A stretch of 64,000 nt of DNA from Eledone cirrhosa (Eukaryota). Below the pieces are notes generated by a model, which was given only the letters and a program-made list of their open reading frames with translations, had not been told where the DNA came from and ran no database searches. The position numbers and the translations under genes were made by a program. Of this stretch, positions 61,698 through 64,000 are shown in pieces (positions within the stretch are counted from its first letter, which is position 1; every line of letters begins with the position of its first letter). Location of the stretch: NCBI GenBank assembly GCA_964016885.1, contig OZ024740.1, positions 304,358,001-304,422,000 on the forward strand, written 5' to 3'.

Positions 61698-64000
61698 ATT
61701 TCTTTATTAGCCACAAGGGCGCAACAAGAAAGGGGACAATACAAAGACATGCCGGGGATTTTACATACAGTCGTGTAAAAAATATAAAAACAAACAATTT
61801 CAACAATCGAAATCCCCAATAGGGGGGAGGCGCCACAAATGGGTTGTTTAATACCCCGTCGATAGAACAACCCTCAACTCAAGGAGCGTGTTGTGCAAGT
61901 GCTCCTTTCTTCCCTTTGCTCTCTTCCTTAACCTACAGGCTTATAAACAGAGAAGGCCCAATCACTCGGGCCATTTTCGCTTCATTCACCCACCTTTCAG
62001 TAAATTTACTGGGGTGCAGTGCCTCTCTCTCCACCCTGATTCTCCTTCTAAAGTGATACTTAAAGAATGGAATCAATTGTTGTCCGGAGAGAAAGGCATC
62101 TGTCCTCAGTCCTCTCAACCTCGTCCACCATATAACTTCTTTCACCATAGCCACCGTACAGAGGAAAACCGCCTCTCTTTCGTTTTTGAAAGAGTCTGGC
62201 GGTTTGATTCTTACTATGGATTCGGCAGTCAACTGTATTTGTCCCATACGCGACAGCAGTTGTTCTGCATAGTTCCACAGGTCGCTTATGCCCGGGCAGT
62301 GTACAATTGCGTGCAGAACTGTTTCAATGTCCTGCGCACATCTTGGACACGTCCTCTTGGACGGATCCTTGCCAGGGCGTCCGTGCCTGTAGATCTTGTC
62401 ACGAACCGGTAGAGCTCCTCGGTAGCACTGCCAGGCCAGGGACCTCTGGAAGTTGTCCATAGGTCCCGGGCGGAAAGTCCTACCAAACATACTGGTGAGC
62501 TCATCGTCTTCGACGCCCAGAGTCTCTCCGAGCACGTCGTCGCCCTTGTAACGTACAATCCCTCTATAGAATGTCGAAGTGGAGTATCCACTGATTGCTG
62601 CGCCCGCTTGCCAGAGGACTGTGAGCGCCTGAGCGCATTCAATGTGCCAGGCGCCCATCGTTTTCCGTCTTTTCTTCACCCAGGACTGCAGCTCCGTTAG
62701 CGAGACGAGCTGTGGGAAAGCCTGTCTCACAAACGGTGCCCACACCGGTTGGGGGTCGGTGAGGAATACCTGGAGATGCCGCAGCCTCAGCGCATGTTTG
62801 CGCATCATCAGCCACGGCATTCCCAGCCCTCCGTTGGAAGGGTGCTGACAGCAGACGGATCTCCTCACCAGCGGAGCCTGCTTCTTCCACAGAAACTGGA
62901 AGAGCATGCGTTCCATCTTGGCGAGGTGTTCACGGGGACAAGGCACGACAGTCAAGCGGTAGTAGATGACGGACGCTATGAAAGTGTTCGCCACCTCCGC
63001 TCGACCTTTCAAGGACAGTTTGCACTCTGCCCACTTCTGAGTGAGTGCAAACACCTTGGCCGTGACCTCGTTCCAGTTTTTCTCCACCTGGAGGTCTGGA
63101 CCGAACCAGACCCCGAGCAATTTCACCGGTCCGTCCGTCCAGCGTCCAACGACGCTGTCGGATGTCATCGGTTTGCCTCTCCACGTACCGAGTTGCAAAC
63201 CGACAGACTTGTCTGGGTTTAGTTTTGCTCCCGTCAGCGTTTCGTATTCTTTCAGTATGTTGCCGATCACCCCGATTTCCGAGGTGCTCGACACCATTAC
63301 TGTTACGTCGTCGGCATAAGCCGACGCCGCTTTGCGCAGTCCCGGTTCTAGGGGGATGCCCTGCAACAGCTCCAATTTCCGCAGTAGTGGCTCTAGAGTC
63401 AATACATACAGAATGGAGGAGAGAGGGCATCCCTGTCGAATGGAACGCGTGATTGCGAACGGCTCCGATAGGTAGCCGTTCACCTTGACCCTCGAGCAGA
63501 TGCTGGTGTGCATCGCCTCGATCCATCCTCTGAACACGGGACCGAAACCGGCCGCCTTGAGAACCGCTTCCAAGTATCGATGGTCGACCCTATCGAATGC
63601 CTTAGACTGATCCAAGTTGATCAGAGCCCCACCGAAGCCGGGTTTACTACCCACCCTCTCTATGATGTATCGCATGAGGTGGAGGTTGTCGTGTATGGAC
63701 CTGGTCGGGATTGCACACGTTTGCGCTTTCCCTACCAGGTTCTCGACGACAAGCGCCAACCTCGTCGCTAGCACCTTGGCCAAAATCTTTAACTCTGTGT
63801 TGAGCAGAGTTATGGGCCTGAAGTTGTTAATTTCGTCCCCCTTGTTCTCGTCTTTCCTGATCAGCGTTACTACGCCCTTGCCTGCAGAACTGGGAATTCT
63901 CCCGTTCTGCTGCCAATTGCAGTAGACGGCTTCGAGGACGCCAGAGAACAAGTCCGGCATGCCTATGTAAAATTCGTAGGGTAGACCATCTAGACCGGGT
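61698..64000 (-). mobile_element. L1/Tx1-clade non-LTR retrotransposon, 3' portion (continues beyond the window)
   Basis: GC-rich open ORF2, ~235-nt 3' UTR, AATAAA at 61708-61703, terminus ...AATAAAGAAAT followed directly by the array. Confidence 0.92.
61933..64000 (-). CDS. Tx1-like ORF2: RT domain + C-terminal zf-RVT (5'-partial)
   Basis: NFRPITLLNTELKILAK, LDQSKAFDRVDH, IRQGCPLS, AYADDV, KLLGVWF, GGLGMP, CPRC..ETVLHAIVHC; no stops over >675 aa. Confidence 0.93.
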   Translation of the reverse strand, partial: PGLDGLPYEFYIGMPDLFSGVLEAVYCNWQQNGRIPSSAGKGVVTLIRKDENKGDEINNFRPITLLNTELKILAKVLATRLALVVENLVGKAQTCAIPTRSIHDNLHLMRYIIERVGSKPGFGGALINLDQSKAFDRVDHRYLEAVLKAAGFGPVFRGWIEAMHTSICSRVKVNGYLSEPFAITRSIRQGCPLSSILYVLTLEPLLRKLELLQGIPLEPGLRKAASAYADDVTVMVSSTSEIGVIGNILKEYETLTGAKLNPDKSVGLQLGTWRGKPMTSDSVVGRWTDGPVKLLGVWFGPDLQVEKNWNEVTAKVFALTQKWAECKLSLKGRAEVANTFIASVIYYRLTVVPCPREHLAKMERMLFQFLWKKQAPLVRRSVCCQHPSNGGLGMPWLMMRKHALRLRHLQVFLTDPQPVWAPFVRQAFPQLVSLTELQSWVKKRRKTMGAWHIECAQALTVLWQAGAAISGYSTSTFYRGIVRYKGDDVLGETLGVEDDELTSMFGRTFRPGPMDNFQRSLAWQCYRGALPVRDKIYRHGRPGKDPSKRTCPRCAQDIETVLHAIVHCPGISDLWNYAEQLLSRMGQIQLTAESIVRIKPPDSFKNEREAVFLCTVAMVKEVIWWTRLRGLRTDAFLSGQQLIPFFKYHFRRRIRVEREALHPSKFTERWVNEAKMARVIGPSLFISL

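Noticed and set aside
35511-61870. Giant minus-strand ORFs (up to 2718 aa) and + strand (GIEIYWCKV)n ORFs
   Set aside because: The G-poor strand of the unit has no stop codon in any frame, and 27/28-bp alternation shuffles frames freely. All three frames are open, so there is no sign of coding constraint.
61844-63925. Short overlapping ORFs on both strands within the Tx1 element
   Set aside because: Shadow frames of a GC-rich coding sequence with no recognisable motifs.

Overview
Eukaryotic, AT-rich, repeat-dense animal DNA. The SINE/RTE repertoire and C2H2-ZNF remnant suggest a cephalopod/octopus; that is inference. The left 35.5 kb holds a cluster of Penelope-like retroelements (PLEs). One is nearly intact (RT + C-terminal GIY-YIG, Naiad-like) with 744-bp direct pseudo-LTRs; one is decayed, has an inverted terminal repeat and is interrupted by a Helitron. 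The region also has five canonical type I hammerhead ribozyme motifs plus one variant motif in two copies, many RTE LINE copies with a PHD finger inside the RT, tRNA-derived SINEs, and three long fold-back palindromes (one encloses a tRNA-Leu(CAA) 5' half). The one host gene is a 3-exon MFSD4/NaGLT1-like MFS transporter with a non-autonomous Gypsy-type LTR element in intron 1. After a 200-N gap, a ~26-kb array of 27/28-bp units (GGAATAGAAATATATTGGTGTAAAGTT[G]) with kb-scale higher-order repeats runs directly into the 3' end of an intact-looking L1/Tx1 LINE, where a poly(A) tail would be expected. That junction is the most interesting feature. The giant ORFs in the array are artefacts.
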